From an uncultured Eubacteriales bacterium (GTDB lineage: Bacteria > Bacillota > Clostridia > Christensenellales > UBA1242), in assembly GCA_948607205.1 (NCBI GenBank), contig CAPERS010000002.1, positions 68,767 to 132,766 on the forward strand: DNA of 64,000 nt, given 5' to 3'. The notes under the pieces were generated by a model. The model did no database searches, had not been told where the DNA came from, and saw only the letters and a program-made list of their open reading frames with translations. The position numbers were made by a program, and so were the translations under genes. Shown in pieces: positions 46,881 through 54,886 of the stretch. Within the stretch, counting starts at the first letter, position 1. Each line of letters begins with the position of its first letter.

Positions 46881-47765
46881 ATGAAAGACAATCTGTTTAT
46901 TAAAATATTGAATGAATGGGAAAATTGTGACGAACTTGAAAGATTTAAACTTCTTCAAGAGTTTGAGAATGAAAATGCGGAACGACAAAATCGAAATGCA
47001 CGAACTCTTATGATTGATGAAAGTGCCAAGCCTTACAGTGAAAACAATGAGGCAGCTGCATACTACTGCTTGCAATATCCAGAATATATTTTCATTTGTT
47101 CACCTGCCAAAACAACAGCGTTTATTTCAATGTTAGACTTGACACATGAAGGCTTGCACGCTTATATTGACGATTATTTGAATGACAAAACAAACTTAAG
47201 AACGCTTTCAAAGATTGACATTGAGAACATAACAAAAGAAAATGAATATCTTAAAATCATCAACAAATATTTAGAAAAGATAAACTCTCTTAAAATATAT
47301 GAAACAATGTCTTTTGAAGAAATTTTTGTTTATAATGAAACTACTTTAATTATGCTTAGTCACATATTTAATTCATGTGAGAGCATTATGGACACTAGCA
47401 AATTGTTCAAATATGTTCAGGATACTTTAAAAATTTTGATTAACCAAAATAATGAAATCGAAGATTTGAAAGCGCAAGGACTGGACTATCAACTTTTTTA
47501 TGAAAATGTGATAAATTATGATAAAAGCCTGACTGAAAAATTTAAAAAAGAAATCAAAACAACAAAAATAGTTGAAGATGAGAAAGACATTCTGCTTGTG
47601 AAAATTTTAAATAAACTTTATGGCGAATATAAATCCTATCTAAACTGCAGTAAAAAAGAAAAAGAAGTTAAAAAAGACCAATTTATTGACCTGTATCTTA
47701 ATTTAGCATATCTTTATAGTGACGAAAAAGGCTCTCCACTTCTATGTGGCGAAGATATGGAATAA
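46881..47765 (+). CDS. 294-aa hypothetical protein containing an HEGLH (HExxH) motif
   Basis: GAGGAAG RBS. MLDLTHEGLHAYIDDY is a possible zinc-metallopeptidase motif; the remainder is predicted helical. Confidence 0.5.
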   Translation: MKDNLFIKILNEWENCDELERFKLLQEFENENAERQNRNARTLMIDESAKPYSENNEAAAYYCLQYPEYIFICSPAKTTAFISMLDLTHEGLHAYIDDYLNDKTNLRTLSKIDIENITKENEYLKIINKYLEKINSLKIYETMSFEEIFVYNETTLIMLSHIFNSCESIMDTSKLFKYVQDTLKILINQNNEIEDLKAQGLDYQLFYENVINYDKSLTEKFKKEIKTTKIVEDEKDILLVKILNKLYGEYKSYLNCSKKEKEVKKDQFIDLYLNLAYLYSDEKGSPLLCGEDME

Positions 47766-47895
47766 TAAAAGATATTAACAAAAATTGTTCATTAATTTAC
47801 ACAAAAAAAAGACGCCAATCATTTGGCGTTTTTTTAACAAACATAACATAAACAGTGACTGTGTGAGAGATATAAAAAAACGGCATAATGCCGTG

Positions 47896-48243
47896 TTAAA
47901 AGCCTAGAGAAATTAAAATTGCGCGGTTGACCTCTTTCATTTTAAGGTCGTCAAGAGTTGTCACTTTTTCACGCAGACGACGTTTGTCGAGCGTGCGGAT
48001 TTGTTCAAGAAGAGCAACTGAGTTTTTGGGCAGGTTATATTTTTCTGCCGAAAGGTCAATGTGCGTTGGAAGTTTTGCTTTGCCAAGCTGGCTTGTGATG
48101 GCTGAAACGATAACAGTTGGCGAATATTTGTTGCCGACATCGTTTTGGATTATTAGGACTGGACGAACGCCACCCTGTTCACTTCCAACAACAGGGCTTA
48201 GGTCAGCATAATAGATTTCACCTCTTTTTATTTGCTCGTCCAT
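47896..48243 (-). CDS. mazF: MazF/EndoA-type mRNA interferase toxin
   Basis: [48 protein letters not shown] is near-canonical EndoA/PemK. Start taken at ATG 48243. Confidence 0.9.
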   Translation of the reverse strand: MDEQIKRGEIYYADLSPVVGSEQGGVRPVLIIQNDVGNKYSPTVIVSAITSQLGKAKLPTHIDLSAEKYNLPKNSVALLEQIRTLDKRRLREKVTTLDDLKMKEVNRAILISLGF

Positions 48244-48460
48244 ACTTCCTTTCAAATTCCATTAGGTCTTCAAGTTCAGCGCGTTCCATTTCTTCAATCT
48301 CGCTGTAAACTGAAAGAATATCACGCGCATTTCCCTCTACTTGCATATTATGCCAAGCACTTTGAAAAGTTGACATGGTGCTTTGGCGCAAAATGTCATT
48401 TTGTGCAGTTTCATTCTGCTTTGCAAGTTTTTCGAGTTCTTTTTTTAGTTGACTTTTCAT
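48218..48460 (-). CDS. Putative cognate antitoxin (no RHH/AbrB signature), 80 aa
   Basis: ATG 48460 behind GGGAGA. The stop overlaps the mazF start by about 26 nt. Acidic C-terminal helix [20 protein letters not shown]. Confidence 0.5.
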   Translation of the reverse strand: MKSQLKKELEKLAKQNETAQNDILRQSTMSTFQSAWHNMQVEGNARDILSVYSEIEEMERAELEDLMEFERKYGRANKKR

Positions 48461-48569
48461 GATTATCTCCCTGATAAAAATTTTTAAACTTGAATTATTG
48501 TGAGAAAATTGGGAAAAAATATGTAAAATCAAGCAAAAACACATAAAATTAACTTTTTTTAATTTTTAC

Positions 48570-48597
48570 TTGACAAATCCCCCCCCCGATTTATAAT
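48570..48597 (+). promoter_or_regulatory. Promoter TTGACA-N16-TATAAT with a C9 tract in the spacer
   Basis: -35 at 48570-75, C9 at 48579-87, -10 at 48592-97. AAGGAG RBS and ATG 48629 follow. Confidence 0.6.
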
Positions 48598-48628
48598 AGG
48601 GTAACTACAAAAAAAAGGAGAAATATAT

Positions 48629-49723
48629 ATGACAGAGGAAGAAATTAAGGAATTAATCGCCCAACATTATAAAGAAAAAAGTGAATCACGTGTAGCCGAA
48701 GAAATTCCTGCAGAAATATCAGAAAAAATTGCAATAGGTAATACACTTATTTATCCAGAAAGACAACGAGAATGGGAAAAGTATGTTAAAGCAAATAATG
48801 GTAGCGAACTTGATGTTGCTATTCCTGTTATGGAAGCTCTTGAAAATGGTGCCTCTTTTGAAGAAGCCAGCAAAATTATGGAAAATACAAACTCAATAGA
48901 ATCATTTGCTATGGCAATGAGTATTATCGCTAAATTCTCTAAAAAAGGTGTTGAGTTTTTTAGATATGTATCAAAAGATAAAGCACTTGACCCAGAAAAC
49001 GAAAAATTCTTACAAAAAATTTCTCAAGAAAATGAACACATGATAATGAGTAATGCTGAATGTATAAATGATACTGGCTATCTGCTTGCTGGACTTGACC
49101 TTGACAGAATCACTCAACTTCTTGAAGATTTAAAAAATGAGAATAAAAATGTTTATATTAATGGTTACGGAACAAAACTTTACTCTATGCTTGACAATCG
49201 CGATTCATGTTATAAAAAAGTTACAGGTAAAACTTATGAAGAGTTTAAAAATCAAAATTTAGAAAATTCGACGCCAAATAGCATATATGAAAATAAATTG
49301 GGAATAATCAAAAATAATCAAAAATATATGGAAGGTGCTATTGAAAGTATCTACAAAAAAAGCTTGAACTTAATCTATCCACAAAGAAAAGATGAATGGG
49401 AAAAGAAATGTGAAGAAAGTTTTAAATCCCCTACTATTGGTAAAGATTTTAGTATGGCTGTTGCAATAATGGAAGGTATTGAAAGAAATGAACCATTCGA
49501 AGACCTTTATGGTTATCATGTTGAAGAAAAAGAATATTATTTTAACAAGGCATTAAATTTAATAAAAAACTTTGCAAAAAAGGGTGTGGAGTTTTATAAA
49601 TATGCTCAAGCACAAAAAAATAAACAAATTGACGAAGAGGAATTAAAAAGAATTTCACAAGAAAATGAACAGTTCGAAAAACAACTTCGTCTTAATGGTG
49701 AGAAAGACGCGAATATGGAATAA
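48629..49723 (+). CDS. 364-aa cytoplasmic protein made of two homologous halves, function unknown
   Basis: Repeat 1 IYPERQREWEKY...AKFSKKGVEFFRY...LQKISQENEHM and repeat 2 IYPQRKDEWEKK...KNFAKKGVEFYKY...LKRISQENEQF. No signal peptide. Confidence 0.6.
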   Translation: MTEEEIKELIAQHYKEKSESRVAEEIPAEISEKIAIGNTLIYPERQREWEKYVKANNGSELDVAIPVMEALENGASFEEASKIMENTNSIESFAMAMSIIAKFSKKGVEFFRYVSKDKALDPENEKFLQKISQENEHMIMSNAECINDTGYLLAGLDLDRITQLLEDLKNENKNVYINGYGTKLYSMLDNRDSCYKKVTGKTYEEFKNQNLENSTPNSIYENKLGIIKNNQKYMEGAIESIYKKSLNLIYPQRKDEWEKKCEESFKSPTIGKDFSMAVAIMEGIERNEPFEDLYGYHVEEKEYYFNKALNLIKNFAKKGVEFYKYAQAQKNKQIDEEELKRISQENEQFEKQLRLNGEKDANME

Positions 49724-49762
49724 AAAACATTTCACTTCTCGTTATTCATGTAAACACAAAAA

Positions 49763-49787
49763 ACGTGCAAAATTTGCACGTTTTTTT
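49763..49787. terminator. Bidirectional intrinsic terminator
   Basis: ACGTGCAA..TTGCACGT hairpin flanked by A6 and T7 runs, between convergent genes. Confidence 0.65.
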
Positions 49788-49804
49788 GTATCACAGTATT
49801 TACA

Positions 49805-50167
49805 TTATTGAATAACCGCGATTGCAGTTGCAAAAGTTGGCGTATGCGAGAGTGAAATCTCAATCTTTTTGCCGGCGAAAACTGAGTCATACTTTTCTTT
49901 GGCAACGCCATGCAAGATAACAATAGGCTTGCCAGACTTCTCATGCGCAAGTTCGATATCTTTGAAACGAACACCGCTGTCTTTTCCAAGTTCAAGTGCT
50001 TTCATGACCGCCTCTTTCACGCAGAAGAGTGCGCCCGTTCTTTGATGACGCAAACTTTCACAAAAAGATTTTTTCGCATACTCAATCTCACTTGGATTGG
50101 CAATTCTTTCAAGAAATGCGTCACTTTTGTCTACTCTTTCAATTTCGATAATGTCAATCCCGACCAT
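49805..50167 (-). CDS. acpS: Holo-[acyl-carrier-protein] synthase
   Basis: 120 aa. MVGIDIIEIERV..., FCVKEAVMKA and SLSHT motifs. Confidence 0.9.
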   Translation of the reverse strand: MVGIDIIEIERVDKSDAFLERIANPSEIEYAKKSFCESLRHQRTGALFCVKEAVMKALELGKDSGVRFKDIELAHEKSGKPIVILHGVAKEKYDSVFAGKKIEISLSHTPTFATAIAVIQ

Positions 50168-50771
50168 TTGTCACCCTCCTCACAACCGACGAAATCATTT
50201 CAAAAGAAAAACCTTTGCTGACAAGATGACGATAAAGTTTCTCTTTTGTCTTTTGGTCAATCTCTTTATTTTTCAGATATTTCTCAGCAAGACGCACACA
50301 AAGTTCTTCTTCATCTTCTTCCTCAAAATTTTCTTCAAGTTTTCTTTCAACTATCTCAGCGTCTATACCTTTTGCAAGAAGGTCATACTTGATTTTTTTT
50401 CGACCTTTTGACGAAGAATAGGTGCGGATAAAATTCTCGGCAAAAACCTCGTCATCAATATAGCCATATTCAATAAGTTTTTGGACGGCACGCTCTATGC
50501 TCTCGTCAGGATAGCCTTTGCCGTGAAGGTAATCTCTGATGCCTTTTTCGCTCTTCATGCCTTTTTCAAGATAACCAAGCGCACGGTCAAAACTTGCAAG
50601 GTCGCCATTTTCAATTTTGATTTTGTTTAAAAAGTCACGCTCAATTTCCTGCCCAGTTTTGAGTTTATACTTCGCCAAAACCTCGCTTTCAAAATCGCCC
50701 TCATTATTGCCATTTACAAAAAGATAATAGCGCTTGCCCTTGCCAATTTTTTTGATTTCAGTTATCTCCAT
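50154..50771 (-). CDS. recX: Regulatory protein RecX
   Basis: 205 aa. Three-repeat helical pattern with YGYIDDEVFAENFIR, typical of RecX. Confidence 0.8.
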   Translation of the reverse strand: MEITEIKKIGKGKRYYLFVNGNNEGDFESEVLAKYKLKTGQEIERDFLNKIKIENGDLASFDRALGYLEKGMKSEKGIRDYLHGKGYPDESIERAVQKLIEYGYIDDEVFAENFIRTYSSSKGRKKIKYDLLAKGIDAEIVERKLEENFEEEDEEELCVRLAEKYLKNKEIDQKTKEKLYRHLVSKGFSFEMISSVVRRVTNGRD

Positions 50772-50774
50772 GCC

Positions 50775-51140
50775 TCACCTCAAAAGTTCGCTTGCCACTT
50801 TGGTGTAAATTCTAACAAGTCCGCCAGCACCAAGTTTGACTCCGCCGAAATAGCGAACAATAAAAATACAAACGTTTTTCGCTCCACGTTTTTGGATGAC
50901 TGAAAGTATTGGTCTGCCAGCCGTTCCGCTTGGCTCGCCGTCATCAACTGCCTTTTCAACAAATGGACTTTCCAAACTGCACGCCCAGCAAATGTGCGTG
51001 GCTTTTTTATACTCTTTCTTTAATTCCCCTAACGCCTCTTTGATTTCGCCCTCGGTTTTGCACTCCAAAAGAAAGCCATAAAACTTTGACTTTTTCTCAA
51101 TTATTTCAACAGATTTGGAAAAGTTTATTTTGCTTTCCAA
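50775..51140 (-). CDS. IMPACT/YigZ-family protein, N-terminal domain only
   Basis: 121 aa. KKSKFYGF...THICWA...DDGEPSGTAGRPIL signature. Lacks the usual C-terminal domain. Confidence 0.8.
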   Translation of the reverse strand: MESKINFSKSVEIIEKKSKFYGFLLECKTEGEIKEALGELKKEYKKATHICWACSLESPFVEKAVDDGEPSGTAGRPILSVIQKRGAKNVCIFIVRYFGGVKLGAGGLVRIYTKVASELLR

Positions 51141-51303
51141 CTCGACCTCCGATTATATTTTGGCTATACTTAAATTATATTTGTCCGTTTAGACAAAGTC
51201 AAGTTTTTTCATTTTCTTTATGTTATAATTTATCTGAAACAGTTTGGTTTCAGCGGATATTTTTAACAAATTTTATGTTAAAATACAAAAAAGGAGAAAA
51301 CAA

Positions 51304-51573
51304 ATGATAAAAGAAAGATATGATTGGAATATTGATTTGAAAAAGGTTTTAAAATCAGACCTTATCAAAAAATTTATGCAAGATAATAAACTCTCGCATA
51401 AACAATTTGCAAAAATGTGCGATATAAGTGTCAGCACACTTTATTTCTTTTTAAATGGTGGCAATGTTAGGCTTAGCGTCATTTATAAAGTTTCTCGTGC
51501 AATGGGAGTTAAGGGTGACGACCTTATAAATCGTGAGGCTATTAAATATCAAACAAAAGGAGAAAACAAATGA
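51304..51573 (+). CDS. Small XRE-type HTH protein
   Basis: Start at ATG 51304 after AAAAGGAGAAAACAA. LSHKQFAKMCDISVSTLYFFLNG is the HTH. Confidence 0.65.
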   Translation: MIKERYDWNIDLKKVLKSDLIKKFMQDNKLSHKQFAKMCDISVSTLYFFLNGGNVRLSVIYKVSRAMGVKGDDLINREAIKYQTKGENK

Positions 51574-51797
51574 AAAAAGAAAAACCAGAAGTATATATGA
51601 AAGGATTGGTCAAAGTTGACATGATAAAAAAATTCATGCAAGATAATAATCTTACACGAAAAGAATTTGCCAAGTTATGTAGAATGAGCTTAAGTACGCT
51701 TTATCGCATACTTGACGGAAAGCATAATTTTGATTCCACATATTTACTTTATATGGCAATCACAATGAAAGTTCAAATTTATCAATTGGTTAATTGA
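51570..51797 (+). CDS. Small XRE-type HTH protein (tandem paralogue)
   Basis: Identical AAAAGGAGAAAACAAATG context. LTRKEFAKLCRMSLSTLYRILDG. 4-nt overlap with the upstream gene. Confidence 0.6.
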   Translation: MKKEKPEVYMKGLVKVDMIKKFMQDNNLTRKEFAKLCRMSLSTLYRILDGKHNFDSTYLLYMAITMKVQIYQLVN

Positions 51798-51799
51798 AC

Positions 51800-53035
51800 T
51801 CATTTCAAAACAACCTTAATGAAATTTTTCTTGCCCTTTTTAAGAAGAAGAGAGCCATTTTCAAAGTCGGACTTTTTGACAATAAGAGCAATGTCTGAAA
51901 CTTTTTCGCCCTTCATTGAGATTGCTCCGCCCTCAATCATTCGGCGTGCGTCACTTTTTGATGAGCAAAGTTTTGTGAGTGCCAAAAGGTCACAAATGCC
52001 AATGCCGTCACCAAGGTTTTCAAGCACAAACTCAGGCGCATCATCTCCGCCATGAGAAAATAAGTTTTCACTCATTGCTTGCGCCTTGATTGCATCCTCT
52101 TCGCCACGGACAAATTTTGTCACCTCAAATGTCATAATGCGTTTTGCCTTTACGATATCCTCTTTGATAAGCGCGCGAACTTTATCCATTTCCATATCAG
52201 TGAAAAGCGCGAACATCATTTCAACGCAAGCATCAGGTGTTTGGTATACCCCTTGGTAGAAGTCATACGCCGAAATCTTGTCTTTATTTATCCAAATTGC
52301 ACCCTTCTCAGTTTTGCCCATCTTCTTGCCTTCTGGCGTCAAAAGAAGAGGGTTTGTTGCACCAATAAGTTCAATGTCAGTGTTGTTGACAAAGTTGAGT
52401 TTTCTTTGCAAATTCACGCCAGCGACGATGTTTCCCCATTGGTCACCACCGCCATATTGAAGTGTGCAACCATATTTGCGATTGAGGTAAACAAAGTCAT
52501 ATGCCTGCATGAGCATATATCCAAGCTCGAAAAAGGTAAGTCCACCGTTTTTGATACGGTTTGCATAAATTTCGCTTGAAAGCATTTGGTTAACATTGAA
52601 ATGCACACCTATTTCACGCATAAAATCGGTGTAAGTGAGATCCTTAAACCAATCAGCATTATTGACTATAATCGCAGGGTTTTCTCCTTCAAAATCGAGA
52701 AAAATTGAAAGAGAGTCCTTGATTTTTTTGATATTTTCTTCAAGTTCTTCCTTTGAAAGCATGCTTCGTAGTTCAGTTTTTCCACTTGGATCACCAACGC
52801 TTGCTGTTGCACCGCCCATAAGTAGCAAAACTTTATGACCTGCTTTTTGAAATCTGCGCAAAATTGAATAAGGAACGCAATGACCAATATGCAAACTATC
52901 CATTGTTGGATCAGTGCCCTCATACAAAGTGATTGGCATTCCGCTTTCGAGCATATCTTTAAATTTCTCTTCATTTGTGCATTGATATAAAAGTCCACGC
53001 TCTTTAAGTGTTTTATATAAATTTTTGTCTACCAT
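51800..53035 (-). CDS. tyrS: Tyrosine--tRNA ligase
   Basis: Start at ATG 53035 behind AGGAGGAAAA. HIGH (SLHIGHCV) and KMSKS (KKMGKT) motifs, C-terminal S4 domain. Confidence 0.95.
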   Translation of the reverse strand: MVDKNLYKTLKERGLLYQCTNEEKFKDMLESGMPITLYEGTDPTMDSLHIGHCVPYSILRRFQKAGHKVLLLMGGATASVGDPSGKTELRSMLSKEELEENIKKIKDSLSIFLDFEGENPAIIVNNADWFKDLTYTDFMREIGVHFNVNQMLSSEIYANRIKNGGLTFFELGYMLMQAYDFVYLNRKYGCTLQYGGGDQWGNIVAGVNLQRKLNFVNNTDIELIGATNPLLLTPEGKKMGKTEKGAIWINKDKISAYDFYQGVYQTPDACVEMMFALFTDMEMDKVRALIKEDIVKAKRIMTFEVTKFVRGEEDAIKAQAMSENLFSHGGDDAPEFVLENLGDGIGICDLLALTKLCSSKSDARRMIEGGAISMKGEKVSDIALIVKKSDFENGSLLLKKGKKNFIKVVLK

Positions 53036-53126
53036 TTTTCCTCCTAAAAAAAGCATATGCCTTTTAACATATGCCTTAATTATAACCTTATCGCGCGAGC
53101 ATTGTCAAGAAAAAGTGACTTTTTTA

Positions 53127-54095
53127 TTATCTCATCGCAACTGCTACTGAAAGCGCTACTGTTGCGCCAACGATTGGGTTATTGCCCATGCCGATAAAGC
53201 CCATCATTGCAACGTGCGCTGGCACTGATGAAGAGCCTGCAAATTGCGCATCGCAGTGCATTCTGCCCATAGTGTCAGTGAGTCCATAACTTGCAGGGCC
53301 TGCGCCAACATTGTCTGGGTGAAGTGTTCTGCCTGTTCCGCCACCTGAGGCAACTGAGAAATATTTTCTTCCATTTTCATTGCACCACTTTTTGTAAGTT
53401 CCAGCAACTGGGTGTTGGAAACGAACTGGGTTTGTTGAGTTGCCTGTGATTGAAACGTCAACTTTTTCATGAATCATGATTGCAACACCTTCTGGAACAT
53501 CATACGCACCGTAAACTTTAACGTTAGCTTTCTCGCCTTCCGAAAATTTCTTTTCGCCAAGAATTTTAAGTTTGCCAGTTTTGTGGTCATACTTTGTGTT
53601 GACATATGTGAATCCGTTAATACGGGCAATGATATACGCTGCGTCTTTGCCAAGACCGTTCAAAATAACATTGAGCGGAGTTTTTCTAACCTTGTTGGCA
53701 GTTCTGACAATGCCCATTGCGCCTTCGGCAGCGGCAAAACTTTCGTGACCTGCAAGGAAAGCGAAACTTTTTGTGTTTTCGTCAAGAAGCATTGCGCCAA
53801 GTCTGCCGTGACCAATACCGATTTGGCGGTCATCAGCAACAGAGCCAGGAACGCAGAATGCTTGCAAGCCTTCGCCTATTTTAAGTGCCGACTCGGCTGG
53901 GCTTTTTGCGCCAGACTTGATTGCAACGGCAACGCCGAGTTGATAAGCCTCGACTGCGTTGTCAAAGCAAATTGGTTGAATACCACGAACAATTTCTTCA
54001 ACATTTATTTTTGCTTTGTCGCAGATTGCTTTTGCTTCTTCCATATTCTTGATGCCATATTTGGCTAAACATTGTTTAATTGATGTATTTTCCAT
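53127..54095 (-). CDS. GGGtGRT-family protein (uncharacterised conserved family)
   Basis: 322 aa. Contains the eponymous SGGGTGRTLHPDN motif. Confidence 0.8.
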   Translation of the reverse strand: MENTSIKQCLAKYGIKNMEEAKAICDKAKINVEEIVRGIQPICFDNAVEAYQLGVAVAIKSGAKSPAESALKIGEGLQAFCVPGSVADDRQIGIGHGRLGAMLLDENTKSFAFLAGHESFAAAEGAMGIVRTANKVRKTPLNVILNGLGKDAAYIIARINGFTYVNTKYDHKTGKLKILGEKKFSEGEKANVKVYGAYDVPEGVAIMIHEKVDVSITGNSTNPVRFQHPVAGTYKKWCNENGRKYFSVASGGGTGRTLHPDNVGAGPASYGLTDTMGRMHCDAQFAGSSSVPAHVAMMGFIGMGNNPIVGATVALSVAVAMR

Positions 54096-54098
54096 GTT

Positions 54099-54767
54099 TT
54101 ACGCCCTCCTTGGATCAATAACTGTGACAGCCTCATTAAATCTGCCATAAGTTTTGGTTGCTTTTTTGATTGCGTCTTTTGGTTTGATATTTTCATCTTT
54201 CAAAAGGTTCATAAGCGCGCCAACTGAGATGTATTCATAGCCGATAATCTCACCATTAGCGTCAAGTCCTTCTTTGGTGATATATCCTTCTGCAAGGTTG
54301 AGATAGCGTGTGCCAGAATCTTCTCGTGAATAAACTGTTCCCACATTGCTCGTGAGGTTTTTGCCAAGGTCTTCGAGAGCAGCGCCAACTTCCAAGCCAT
54401 TTTCTGAAAAGGCCGACTGACTTCTGCCGTAAACAAGTTGCAAGAAGATTTGTTTCATTGCGTCATTAATTGCGTCGCACACAAGGTCTGTGTTGAGTGC
54501 CTCCAAGATTGTTTTGCCTGTCAAGATTTCGCTTGCCATGGCAGCCGAGTGAGTCATTCCACTGCAACCGATTGTTTCAACGAGCGCTTCTTTGATAATT
54601 CCGTTTTTGACATTAAGAGTCAATTTGCATGTGCCTTGTTGTGGTGCACATTTGCCACATCCGTGAGAAAATCCGCTGATTTGCTTGATTTCCTTAACTT
54701 GAACCCATTTTGCTTCCTCTGGAATAGGAGATGGACCGAAACCTTTCATGTTTATAGGACAACTCAT
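54099..54767 (-). CDS. IscU/NifU-N-like iron-sulfur scaffold-type protein
   Basis: Start at ATG 54767 behind GGAGG. Cys motifs HGCGKCAPQQGTC and TIGCSGMTHSAAMASE resemble IscU. Lies 3 nt upstream of the GGGtGRT gene. Confidence 0.65.
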   Translation of the reverse strand: MSCPINMKGFGPSPIPEEAKWVQVKEIKQISGFSHGCGKCAPQQGTCKLTLNVKNGIIKEALVETIGCSGMTHSAAMASEILTGKTILEALNTDLVCDAINDAMKQIFLQLVYGRSQSAFSENGLEVGAALEDLGKNLTSNVGTVYSREDSGTRYLNLAEGYITKEGLDANGEIIGYEYISVGALMNLLKDENIKPKDAIKKATKTYGRFNEAVTVIDPRRA

Positions 54768-54886
54768 ATAATTTTTCCTCCGATATATATTGTATAACAA
54801 AGGCAAAAAATTTCAAAATGATTTATGAGTTTTGCAAATTTTTTTAATATATTTTAAATGAAAAAAGACAGCTTATCTGTCTTTTT

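Noticed and set aside
45083-49730. Genomic island or prophage remnant integrated at tRNA-Trp.
   Set aside because: I found no integrase, no repeat of the tRNA-Trp 3' end downstream, and no phage structural or replication genes. The region is accessory-looking, but I cannot call it a mobile element.
53036-53126. Possible T-box riboswitch upstream of tyrS.
   Set aside because: Only about 90 nt are available before the upstream gene's stop, and no specifier-loop or T-box sequence (AANNNGGGTGGTACCGCG-like) is visible. The CATATG hairpin with a T-run is more simply the terminator of the upstream operon.
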